Assembly: GCA_963761335.1 (NCBI GenBank)
Contig: CAVXGR010000015.1
Span: forward strand, 256,001-320,000
Direction of reading: 5' to 3'
DNA length: 64,000 bases
DNA from: an uncultured delta proteobacterium
Lineage (GTDB): Bacteria; Desulfobacterota; Binatia; HRBIN30; BPIQ01
Position numbers and translations under genes: made by a program. Shown here piece by piece: positions 40,671-49,475 of the stretch. The notes below the pieces were generated by a model. That model was not told the origin of the DNA and did no database searches. It saw only the letters and a list, made by a program, of their open reading frames with translations. Each line of letters opens with the position of its first letter. Position 1 is the first letter of the stretch.

Positions 40671-41501
40671 ATGGTGACAGCACATCGAACCGAGCCTCCG
40701 GGGGGTGGAGAGGCACACATTCGCTTCGAAGACGTGTGCATGGCGTTCGGCGCGCGCATGGTCTTCCGTTCTCTGTCCTGCGACTTTCCGCGCGGCAAGA
40801 TCTCCGTCATTCTCGGGGGCAGCGGCTCCGGAAAGAGCACCGCGCTGCGCCTGATCGGCGGCCTGGTGCATCCCGGGGCGGGGCGAATCCTGGTGGACGG
40901 CGACGACGTCACTCGCCTCTCGGAGCGCCAGATGTACAAGGTGCGCGAGAAGATCGGCATGATGTTCCAGGGCGGCGCCCTGCTCGACTCGATGACCGTC
41001 TTCGACAACCTCGCCTTTCCGCTGCGCGAGCACACCTCGCTGAAGGAGAAGGAGATCGCCGATCAGGTGCACGAGCGGCTGACGGCTGTCGGTCTCACCG
41101 ATGTCGACCGTCTGCTGCCCGGGCAGCTCTCCGGCGGCATGATGAAGCGCGTCGCCCTGGCGCGCGCCATCATGATGGAGCCGGTGATCCTCCTCTGCGA
41201 CGAGGCTTTCTCGGGGCTCGACCCCATCTCGACCCGGCTCATCGAGAGCCTGCTGGTGCGCATCAACCAGCGCCACCAGATGACCATCGTGCTGGTGTCG
41301 CATCACATCCCGTCGACCATGCGCATGGCCGACCGGGTGCTCCTCTTGTTGCCGGATCAGGCGATCGAGGGCACGCCCGAGGACCTGCAACGCAACCCCG
41401 ATCCACGGGTCGTCGCCTTCCTGACCGAGGACGTGGACGAGTCGGTGGCGCTGGCGGAGGAGGTCGAATCGCGACCCGGCGCCCGGGAGCAGGGCGCATG
41501 A
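40671..41501 (+). CDS. mlaF: Mla ABC transporter ATP-binding subunit
   Basis: GGSGSGKS, FQGGALLDS, LSGGMMKRVALARA; operon context. Confidence 0.9.
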   Translation: MVTAHRTEPPGGGEAHIRFEDVCMAFGARMVFRSLSCDFPRGKISVILGGSGSGKSTALRLIGGLVHPGAGRILVDGDDVTRLSERQMYKVREKIGMMFQGGALLDSMTVFDNLAFPLREHTSLKEKEIADQVHERLTAVGLTDVDRLLPGQLSGGMMKRVALARAIMMEPVILLCDEAFSGLDPISTRLIESLLVRINQRHQMTIVLVSHHIPSTMRMADRVLLLLPDQAIEGTPEDLQRNPDPRVVAFLTEDVDESVALAEEVESRPGAREQGA

Positions 41502-42271
41502 GCTGGGTGGAGGACCTCGGCTTCACTGTGGTGCGCTTCGTCGATCAGCTGGGGAAGATGACGGCTTTCTCCCTGCAGATTCTGCTGTCGCTGGTCACCC
41601 CCCCCATTCGCATCCGCCGTTTTGTCGACGAGACCTTCAAGCTCGGCGTGCTGTCGCTGGTCATCATCTGCGTCTCGGGACTCGCGGTGGGCATGGTGCT
41701 CAGCCTGCAGGGCTACAACACCCTGGCGCGTTTCGGTGCCACCCAATCGCTGGGCGCGGTCGTCGGCCTGAGCCTGATCCGCGAGCTGGGGCCGGTGCTG
41801 ACCGCCTTGCTCGCCACCGGCCGCGCCGGCTCGGCGACCGCCGCCGAGATCGGTACCATGGTGGCCACCGAGCAGCTCGACGGCCTGCGCATGATGTCGG
41901 TCAATCCGGTGCACTACGTGGTGACGCCGAAGGCGCTGGCCATGGTCGGCGTCATGCCACTGCTCTCGGCGCTGTTCATCGTCTTCGGCATTCTCGGCGG
42001 CTATCTCGTCGGCGTCGATCTCATGGGAGTCGACTCCGGAGCCTATGTGACCAGCCTGCGCTCCGCGGTGGACTTCCGCGACGACGTGCTCGGCAGCCTG
42101 CTGAAGGCGGTGATCTTCGGCATCCTCGTCGGTCTGATCTCCACCTACCGCGGCTACACCAGCGCCCCCACCTCGGAAGGCGTCAGCTCGGCGACGACCT
42201 CGACGGTGGTGGTGGGCTCGGTGACCATTCTGATCTTCGATTACTTCATCACCGCCCTCTGGGGAGTCTGA
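41498..42271 (+). CDS. mlaE: Mla permease
   Basis: RELGPVLTALL, GRAGSATAAEIGTM, EQLDG. Confidence 0.93.
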   Translation: MSWVEDLGFTVVRFVDQLGKMTAFSLQILLSLVTPPIRIRRFVDETFKLGVLSLVIICVSGLAVGMVLSLQGYNTLARFGATQSLGAVVGLSLIRELGPVLTALLATGRAGSATAAEIGTMVATEQLDGLRMMSVNPVHYVVTPKALAMVGVMPLLSALFIVFGILGGYLVGVDLMGVDSGAYVTSLRSAVDFRDDVLGSLLKAVIFGILVGLISTYRGYTSAPTSEGVSSATTSTVVVGSVTILIFDYFITALWGV

Positions 42272-42276
42272 ATGCG

Positions 42277-42840
42277 ATGAATCGATCACCCATACGCGAC
42301 CTGATCGTCGGGCTGTTCGTCCTCGCCGGGCTCGGTGCCCTCGCCTACCTCTCGTTCTCCGTCGGTGGCCTGAGCTACGGCGGGCCGGAGGGATTGATCC
42401 TCTACGCCGAGTTCGACCAGACGGGCGGTCTCAAGGACCGCTCCCCCGTGACCCTGTCCGGGGTGAAGATCGGCGAGGTTCAGTCGATCGAGCTGGACAG
42501 GAAGAACTATCGCGCCCGGGTCACCCTCGACGTCGACCGCAGGCTCGAGCTTCCCGTCGATACCTCGGCATCGATCGTCACCGCCGGTGTCCTCGGCGAT
42601 CGCTACATATCGCTGCAGCTCGGCGGCGAGGACCAGTACCTGAAGTCGGGTGAGCAGATCACCTTCACCGAGTCGGCGGTGATTCTCGAGCGCTTGATCG
42701 GCCAGCTGATTCACGGCACCAACATCGGTGGCGGCAAGGGCTCCGATTCGGCGGGCAGCGCCGCCTCGGACACCGTCGGCGGCAGCGCCGGCGGAGCCGG
42801 CAACCCAGGCGGGACCGGGGCGCCTGCGGAAGCGCAGTAG
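42277..42840 (+). CDS. mlaD: MCE-domain protein MlaD
   Basis: VGLFVLAG, GGLK...VTLSGVKIGEV, GVLGDRYI, LERLIGQ. Confidence 0.92.
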   Translation: MNRSPIRDLIVGLFVLAGLGALAYLSFSVGGLSYGGPEGLILYAEFDQTGGLKDRSPVTLSGVKIGEVQSIELDRKNYRARVTLDVDRRLELPVDTSASIVTAGVLGDRYISLQLGGEDQYLKSGEQITFTESAVILERLIGQLIHGTNIGGGKGSDSAGSAASDTVGGSAGGAGNPGGTGAPAEAQ

Positions 42841-42871
42841 GTGAGTTGAGGCCCGACGGCAGAGGTGGACA

Positions 42872-43636
42872 ATGAGGAAAGGCGCTGAAGTGAACCGCCT
42901 GCGACGGCGGGCGCTTCGCTGTCTGGGAACGGTGCTGTGCGCGACCACGATCCTCGGCTGCGGAGCCCGGGCGCAGATGGCGCAGAACGATCCGTGGGAA
43001 CCATTCAATCGCAAGATGTTCTGGTTCAACGACAAGGCGGACACCTACGTGCTCAAGCCGGTGGCCACCGCTTGGGACTGGGCTCTGCCCAACGTCGTCC
43101 AGCAATCGGTCTCGAACTTCTTCGGCAATCTCAACGTGCCGATCACCGCCGCCAACAACCTGCTCCAGGGGAAGGCGGGCGAGTCGGCAACCGACCTGGG
43201 ACGCTTCGCGGTGAACACCACCGTGGGCATGGTCGGGCTCTTCGACCCGGCGACGACCTTCGGGATCGACAGTCACAACGAGGATTTCGGCCAGACCCTG
43301 GCCTGCTGGGGAGTGCCGTCGGGGCCGTATCTCGTGCTGCCGCTTCTCGGGCCGTCCAGCCCGCGCGACGCCACCGGATACGGAGTCGACACCGTGCTGA
43401 GCGTGTGGCCATTCGTGGTCAGCACCTACGTCTCCACGGCGGTGACGACCGTCAACGTCGTGAACGCGCGCTCGCTCGTCCTCAAGCAGGTGGCCGATGC
43501 CAAGAAGGCATCGCTGGACTTCTACGTCTTCGTCCGCAACGCCTACATTCAACGCCGCAACGCCATGATCAACGACAACAAAGGACCGACGGGAGCACAG
43601 CAGAATGACCTCTACTACACTGATGACGAAGAATAG
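42872..43636 (+). CDS. mlaA: VacJ/MlaA lipoprotein
   Basis: DPWEPFNR, NNLLQGK, EDFGQTL, GPYLVLPLLGPS. Confidence 0.93.
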   Translation: MRKGAEVNRLRRRALRCLGTVLCATTILGCGARAQMAQNDPWEPFNRKMFWFNDKADTYVLKPVATAWDWALPNVVQQSVSNFFGNLNVPITAANNLLQGKAGESATDLGRFAVNTTVGMVGLFDPATTFGIDSHNEDFGQTLACWGVPSGPYLVLPLLGPSSPRDATGYGVDTVLSVWPFVVSTYVSTAVTTVNVVNARSLVLKQVADAKKASLDFYVFVRNAYIQRRNAMINDNKGPTGAQQNDLYYTDDEE

Positions 43637-44249
43637 GCGTCCGATCGTTCTCGGGATTGCCGTTGCTGCCTTTGTGGCGGCGCCACTCTGGCCGCGCCTT
43701 GCGTGGGCGGAGAGCTCCCCGCGCGAGGTGGTGCAGTCGATGGCCAGCACGGTCGTCGACATCCTGCGCAACTCCGACCTGTCGGCGGACCAGAAAAAAC
43801 ACAAGATCGAAGACATTGCCTACTCGAACATCGACTTCCCCACGGTGTCGCGCCTGGTGCTGGCGCGCAACTGGCGCGACTTCAGCCCGGCGCAGCAGCA
43901 GCAGTTCATCGACGAGTTCAAGCAGCACCTGTCGGTGACCTACGGCGACAACGTCAACAACTACCACAACGAGAAGGTCGAGATCACCGGCGAGCGCGAG
44001 GAGCCACGCGGCGATCACACGGTGATGAGCAAGATCGTCCGCGGCGGTGGCGCGAAGGACATCCCGGTCGACTACCGACTGCGCCAGAGCGACGGCCAGT
44101 GGCGCGTCATCGACATCATCATCGACGGCGTCAGCATGGTGGCCAACTTCCGTGCCCAGTTCCAGGACATCGTCTCCAACGGCGGCCCGGACCACCTGCT
44201 CAAGCTGTTGCATGACAAGAACGTCAAGGGCGAGCCGCTGAAGTCGTGA
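43623..44249 (+). CDS. mlaC: MlaC/Ttg2D phospholipid-binding protein
   Basis: Signal peptide; VDYRL, WRVIDIIIDGVSMVANFRAQF. ATG at 43605 is an alternative start. Confidence 0.9.
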   Translation: MTKNRRPIVLGIAVAAFVAAPLWPRLAWAESSPREVVQSMASTVVDILRNSDLSADQKKHKIEDIAYSNIDFPTVSRLVLARNWRDFSPAQQQQFIDEFKQHLSVTYGDNVNNYHNEKVEITGEREEPRGDHTVMSKIVRGGGAKDIPVDYRLRQSDGQWRVIDIIIDGVSMVANFRAQFQDIVSNGGPDHLLKLLHDKNVKGEPLKS

Positions 44250-44298
44250 GCGGCCGCCGGCGCCTGCGGTACGGCGCCGGCAGTCACGGGGAGAGGGT

Positions 44299-44970
44299 AT
44301 GGAGGTACAGGTTCAGCTGGATCCGATCGAGGCCCGCGTCTTCGGGGTGCTCGTCGAGAAGGCGCTGACGACACCCGATCAGTATCCGCTCTCGGTGAAC
44401 GCGGCCACCAACGGCGCCAACCAGAAGAGCAACCGCGATCCGGTGCTGTCGCTCTCCGAGGACGAGGTGTCGGGTGCTCTGTATCGCCTCGAGAGCCGCT
44501 ACCTGGCGCGCAAGTTCTTCCCGGGCAACAGCCGGGTGGAGAAGTTCGGACACAATGGCAAGGAGGCGCTCGGGCTCGATGCTCCGAAGCTGGCGGTTCT
44601 CGCCGAGCTGCTGATGCGGGGCCCGCAGACTCCCGGAGAGCTGCGCGCGCGCGTGGCACGGATGACGCCGATCGACTCGCTCGAGCAGCTCATGAGCATC
44701 ATCGATCCGCTGGTCGAGCGCGGCTACCTGCGACGGCTCGACCCGTTACCCGGCTCGCGCGCCGAGCGCTACGTTCAGCTGGTCAGCCCCGATCTGCATC
44801 CTCTCGATGCTCCTGCGCCGGCGTACGCCGGCCGCAGCGCCGCGTCGGCCCCGGCGGCGGTCTCCCACGACCTGATCGAGCGCATCGAGGCGCTCGAGGT
44901 GCAGATCGGAGAGCTGAAGGCGCAGGTGCAGTCGCTGGCCGCCCGTCTCGGTGAGCGTGCCCCTGAATGA
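44299..44970 (+). CDS. YceH/DUF480 family protein
   Basis: EARVFGVLVEKALTTPDQYPLS, NQKSNRDPV, LLMRGPQTPGELR. Confidence 0.9.
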   Translation: MEVQVQLDPIEARVFGVLVEKALTTPDQYPLSVNAATNGANQKSNRDPVLSLSEDEVSGALYRLESRYLARKFFPGNSRVEKFGHNGKEALGLDAPKLAVLAELLMRGPQTPGELRARVARMTPIDSLEQLMSIIDPLVERGYLRRLDPLPGSRAERYVQLVSPDLHPLDAPAPAYAGRSAASAPAAVSHDLIERIEALEVQIGELKAQVQSLAARLGERAPE

Positions 44971-45877
44971 GGGCGTGCCGGAAGCGGCGGTGACCGGCTC
45001 GACCGATATCCGGCACCAGCTCGTGCCCGCCAACGGCCTGCGTTTCCACGTCGCTTCGTGCGGCGAGGGCGAGCGCCTGGCGCTTTGCCTGCACGGCTTT
45101 CCCGAGTGCTGGTACTCGTGGCGTTACCAGCTGCCGTTGCTGGCGCGCCTCGGCTATCGCGCCTGGGCCCCCGATCTGCGCGGCTATGGTGATACCGACC
45201 GGCCGCCGCATCGCGACGACTACGCCATCGAGCGGCTGATGGAGGACGTCGCCGGATTGATCGACGCCGCCGGAGCCCGTTCGGTGCTCCTCGTCGGGCA
45301 CGATTGGGGCGCGGTCATCGCCTGGTATTTTGCCATGCGGCGGCTCCGTCCTCTGCGCGGCCTGGTGATCATGAACGTCCCCCATCCGGCGATCATGGAG
45401 CGCGCCCTGCGCAGCTGGCGGCAGATGGCGCGCTCCTGGTATGCACTGTTCTTCCAGATCCCGCGCCTGCCGGAGCGATTGCTCGCGGCGCGCGGCTATC
45501 GCGCCATCGGCGACGCCTTCCGCAACATGGCGGTCGACAAGAGCCGCTTCCCCGAAGAGACCCTCGCCGTTTACCGCGAGAACGCGGCGCGTCCGGGGGC
45601 CCTCACCGCCATGCTCAATTACTACCGCGCCCTCTTTCGCGGCGGCGGCGCGCGCCAGCGCGCCCTGGGCTATCCGGTGATCGAGGTCCCGACGCTGATG
45701 ATCTGGGGCGAGCGGGACGCCGCCCTCGGCAAGCAGACCACCTACGGTACCGATGCCTACGTGCGCGAGCTGACGCTCCGCTACCTGCCGGACGTCTCGC
45801 ACTGGGTGCAGCAGGAGGCGCCGGAGAAGGTCAACGCGATTCTCGAGGAATGGCTGGGCGGGCGCGCGGACATGTAG
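44951..45877 (+). CDS. Alpha/beta hydrolase, epoxide-hydrolase-like
   Basis: HGFPE, DLRGYG, GHDWGA (Asp nucleophile), SWY, NYYRA, SHWVQQE. The real start may be slightly downstream. Confidence 0.9.
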   Translation: MSVPLNEGVPEAAVTGSTDIRHQLVPANGLRFHVASCGEGERLALCLHGFPECWYSWRYQLPLLARLGYRAWAPDLRGYGDTDRPPHRDDYAIERLMEDVAGLIDAAGARSVLLVGHDWGAVIAWYFAMRRLRPLRGLVIMNVPHPAIMERALRSWRQMARSWYALFFQIPRLPERLLAARGYRAIGDAFRNMAVDKSRFPEETLAVYRENAARPGALTAMLNYYRALFRGGGARQRALGYPVIEVPTLMIWGERDAALGKQTTYGTDAYVRELTLRYLPDVSHWVQQEAPEKVNAILEEWLGGRADM

Positions 45878-46041
45878 CTCCGGGTGCAGGAGGCTTGTGT
45901 TCAAAGTAGAAGCGCCGTCCCGGCGCTTCCCGAAGCGGCGAGAAGCCGCTTCTACTTTGCCCGCGAGCCGCCGGACTCGTCTTGTGCTGTGCGGCGCCGG
46001 CCGTTTGTGATACGGCAGCCCGCAAGAAAGCGGGAGGAATC

Positions 46042-49000
46042 ATGATCAAGAGGAAGGAGGCCTCGCGCCGGAGGTCCGTACGCCGTGCCGATGATTCTTC
46101 GATGCGGTCCGGCAGCCGACTCTTCGGCTTCGTCTTCCACGCCTCGATCTACGACCTGGAGGGCATCTGCGATCGCTACCTCAACCAGGATCCGATCGGC
46201 AAGGTCTCGTACAGCCCGCTCGCCCCCTACGTCGTGCTCCAGTTCGGCGCCCACGGCGTGCCGCTGGGTCCGAAGGTGCCCTTGAAGCTCGACAGCGCTA
46301 CCGAGTGCGATCTCGCCGTTTGGGTTCCGGTGCGGCGCGCCGGTTTCGCGGGGGCGATGCTCTTCAGCCCGTACATGTTCAGCAGCGATCCCATCGACGT
46401 GCTCGAAGGGCGTTCCCGCTATGGCTTTCCGAAGGAGCTCGGTTACTTCGATCAGGGAGACTGGCGGAAGGGACGATTCGCGACGCGCGCCTACGTGGTG
46501 CACAAGCTCGCCCCGGGCGAGGTTGGAGGATTCGGGCCGCTGCTGACCGTCGAGAGGACCGGAGCGGCGGCGAACCCGGGCCGCTCGTGGCGGGCTTTTC
46601 CCGAGGCCGCCGCCGGGCTGCAGCAGACCCTGCTGGGGCGCGCTTCCGGAGGGTCGGCCGATGCCATGCTTTCCTTCATGCTCGGGGATTTCTGGCCGCC
46701 GAACGGACCTCTGGTGCAGCTCAAGCAGTTCCCCGATTGCACCGACAGCCGTTATGTCTGCTACAGCAGCATCGTCGAGGCGCGCAGTCAGGTGGAGAGC
46801 TTCGTCTGCGGTCGCCTGCTTCCCCATGACTACGGCCTGACGCTGACCCGGCAGGCGAGTCATCCGCTGGCGGAGGATCTCGGGCTGCGCGACGAGCCGG
46901 CGGTGCTCGCCTACGAGCTGCATTGCTCGGTTCGCGTCGACAGCGGCCGCGAGGTGTGGCACGCGCCGGCCGAGATCCTCGGCATGCCGCCGCGGCCGCT
47001 GTCGGAGAAGGTGGCGGAGCTCGTCTCCATGGTGTCGCCGCGCCGCGTCTTCGACATGGGCGGCGACGCCGTTCGACGGGTGCTGGGGAGCGCGCCGCCG
47101 GAAGAACCTGCGGTTCCGCAGGAGCAGCCACCGCTGACGGCGCCGGCGCTCGAGGGCCGCCCGGAGAGGATCGTCATTCTCGGCGGCGGCGTCGGCGCCA
47201 TGGCAACGGCCTTCGCCCTGACCGAGGTCCCGGACTGGAAGAAGCGGTATCAGATCACCGTCTATCAGCTCGGCTGGCGGCTCGGCGGCAAGGGCGCCAG
47301 CGGGCGCAACGCCGCGTACCACGACCGCATCGAGGAGCACGGCCTGCACGCCTGGTTCGGTTTCTACGAGAACGCCTTTCGCATGATGCGGCGCTGCTAC
47401 GAGGAGCTTCCGGAACGGAAGTACGCGCCCGCCGACCGCGATCCGCTTCTCTGGGGCTTCGAGCCGCAGGACGATCTGGTTCTCGAAGAGCGGGTCGGCG
47501 AGCAGTGGAGACATCACCCGCTCACCTTCCCGCGCAACAACGAGCGTCCCGGGAGCGGCGACCGCGTCGAGCTCGATGCCGCCGACTACGTCACCATGAT
47601 TCTCCGCTGGATGGCCTGGCTGCTGTGGAGCTCCAGCGATCTGCTCGACGAGCTCGGCGACGCCGCGACTGGGCTCTTCGACCTGATGGAGGAGCTGGTG
47701 GGCCTCACCCAGCCGCACTCCGCCAGCGAGCTCACGTCGCCTCCCGATCACATCGGGATTCGCTGGCTCGAGCGCTTCGGCCCCATCGCCGACGTGGTGC
47801 TCGCGCCGGTCGACCATCTGATGGACGGCCTCTGGAAGCGCCTCCGCCCGGTGCTCGGCACACGTGACGAAGCACGCCGTCTGTTCACCGCCATCGATTT
47901 CGGAGCGGCGGTGGTGCGCGGTATGCTGCGCGACGACGTCGGCGGTCGCGGCTTCGATGTCCTGGAGGACGAGGAGTTCGGCGACTGGCTGCACCGCCAC
48001 GGCGCCACCGAATGGACTCTCGAGTCGGATTGGGTGCGGGCCGTGTACGGCTCGTCTTTCGCCTTCCTGCACGGCGATCCGGCGACGCCTCGCATGGGCA
48101 CCGGCGCGGCGCTCCGCTGGGTGCTGCGCCTCATGGCGACCTACCGGGGCGCCGTCCTCTGGAAGATGACGAGCGGCATGGGGGACACGATCTTCGCGCC
48201 GCTCTATCGCGTTCTGGAGCAGCGCGGTGTGGAGTTCCGGTTCTTTCACCGCGTGCGGCAGCTGCACCTCTCCGGAGACAAAGCCTCGATCGCGGGCATC
48301 TCGCTCGGGCGCCAGGCGACGCCGCGCCCCGGCTACCCGTATCTCAAGCAGGTGAAGGGGAGATGGTGCTGGCCCAACCGGCCCGACTACGACCAGCTGG
48401 CGGAGGGCAAGCCCATGCGCGAGCTGGAGAAGCGCGGCGAGCACGTCAATCTGGAGTCGGCTTGGAGCGCCTGGAGGCCCGACCTCGAAGATCCAGTTGA
48501 GCTTCGCCGCGGCCGGCATTTCGACCGCGTCGTGCTCGGCATCTCGCTCGGCGCTCTCGCTCCGATCTGCTCCGAGCTGGTTGAGGCAAGCCCTCGATGG
48601 CGGCAGATGCTGGAGGGCGTCGAGACGGTGCGCACGCAGGCGTTTCAGCTCTGGCTCGAGGCGCCGCTGCCGGCCACGGGATACGTGGGCCGCAGCCCTA
48701 TCCTCACCGCCTACACGCGGCCGATGGAGACCTGGGGAGACTTCAGCCACACCCTCGCCGCCGAGGGCTGGCCCGAGAAGGGGCGACCGCAACAGGTGGC
48801 GTATTTCTGCGGCCCCATGCCGGATTCTCCGGAGCCGGCGCACTACAGCGATTCGGGCTTCCCGGACCGCATGCGCAAGGAGGTCTTCCGGACGATGTCG
48901 CGCTTCGTGGCGAACGATCTCCGCCACCTGTGGCCCTCGTGGTTCGGGCCGAAGGGGTTCGACTGGACCCAGCTCACGGATCCGAGCGGAGCCAAGGGTG

Positions 49001-49452
49001 AGCAGCGGCTGGCGGCGCAGTTCTGGACGGCAAACATCGATCCGAGCGAGCGTTACGTGCTCTCCGTGCCCGGCAGCGCCAAGTTTCGGCTGCGCAGCGA
49101 CGACTCGCAGTTCTCCAATCTCCTCCTGGCCGGCGATTGGACGTTCAACGGCCTCAACGTCGGCTGCGTGGAGGCCGCGGTAATGTCGGGATTCCGCGCC
49201 GCCCGCGCCATCTGTGGCGAGCCCGTGCACATCGTCGGCGAAGAGCATCTCCACCGAGGTACAGCGCCGGCGCCGGAACCGCCTGCGGCGGGCGGGGCTC
49301 CGCCGGGTACACCACCGGCGGCGCGGCGCGGCGGCGGCACGCGCCGGATCACCGGGAATGGCGCCGCCAAGGCGCCGAAAAAGAAGACCACCGCCGGACG
49401 GCGCCGGCGGCTTGCAGCCGCCCGACGAGTGCCGGCGCGGCGCGATACCTGA
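46042..49452 (+). CDS. Fusion: acetoacetate-decarboxylase-like domain + FAD/NAD(P)-binding oxidoreductase (copy 1)
   Basis: RBS GGAGG; N domain with GRSRYGFPKE; C domain with ILGGGVGA, GWRLGGKGASGR, EEHGLHAWFGFYENAF, LAGDW...GCVEAAVMSG. Confidence 0.8.
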   Translation: MIKRKEASRRRSVRRADDSSMRSGSRLFGFVFHASIYDLEGICDRYLNQDPIGKVSYSPLAPYVVLQFGAHGVPLGPKVPLKLDSATECDLAVWVPVRRAGFAGAMLFSPYMFSSDPIDVLEGRSRYGFPKELGYFDQGDWRKGRFATRAYVVHKLAPGEVGGFGPLLTVERTGAAANPGRSWRAFPEAAAGLQQTLLGRASGGSADAMLSFMLGDFWPPNGPLVQLKQFPDCTDSRYVCYSSIVEARSQVESFVCGRLLPHDYGLTLTRQASHPLAEDLGLRDEPAVLAYELHCSVRVDSGREVWHAPAEILGMPPRPLSEKVAELVSMVSPRRVFDMGGDAVRRVLGSAPPEEPAVPQEQPPLTAPALEGRPERIVILGGGVGAMATAFALTEVPDWKKRYQITVYQLGWRLGGKGASGRNAAYHDRIEEHGLHAWFGFYENAFRMMRRCYEELPERKYAPADRDPLLWGFEPQDDLVLEERVGEQWRHHPLTFPRNNERPGSGDRVELDAADYVTMILRWMAWLLWSSSDLLDELGDAATGLFDLMEELVGLTQPHSASELTSPPDHIGIRWLERFGPIADVVLAPVDHLMDGLWKRLRPVLGTRDEARRLFTAIDFGAAVVRGMLRDDVGGRGFDVLEDEEFGDWLHRHGATEWTLESDWVRAVYGSSFAFLHGDPATPRMGTGAALRWVLRLMATYRGAVLWKMTSGMGDTIFAPLYRVLEQRGVEFRFFHRVRQLHLSGDKASIAGISLGRQATPRPGYPYLKQVKGRWCWPNRPDYDQLAEGKPMRELEKRGEHVNLESAWSAWRPDLEDPVELRRGRHFDRVVLGISLGALAPICSELVEASPRWRQMLEGVETVRTQAFQLWLEAPLPATGYVGRSPILTAYTRPMETWGDFSHTLAAEGWPEKGRPQQVAYFCGPMPDSPEPAHYSDSGFPDRMRKEVFRTMSRFVANDLRHLWPSWFGPKGFDWTQLTDPSGAKGEQRLAAQFWTANIDPSERYVLSVPGSAKFRLRSDDSQFSNLLLAGDWTFNGLNVGCVEAAVMSGFRAARAICGEPVHIVGEEHLHRGTAPAPEPPAAGGAPPGTPPAARRGGGTRRITGNGAAKAPKKKTTAGRRRRLAAARRVPARRDT

Positions 49453-49475
49453 GCGACGGCCGAGCGGAGGTGCCC

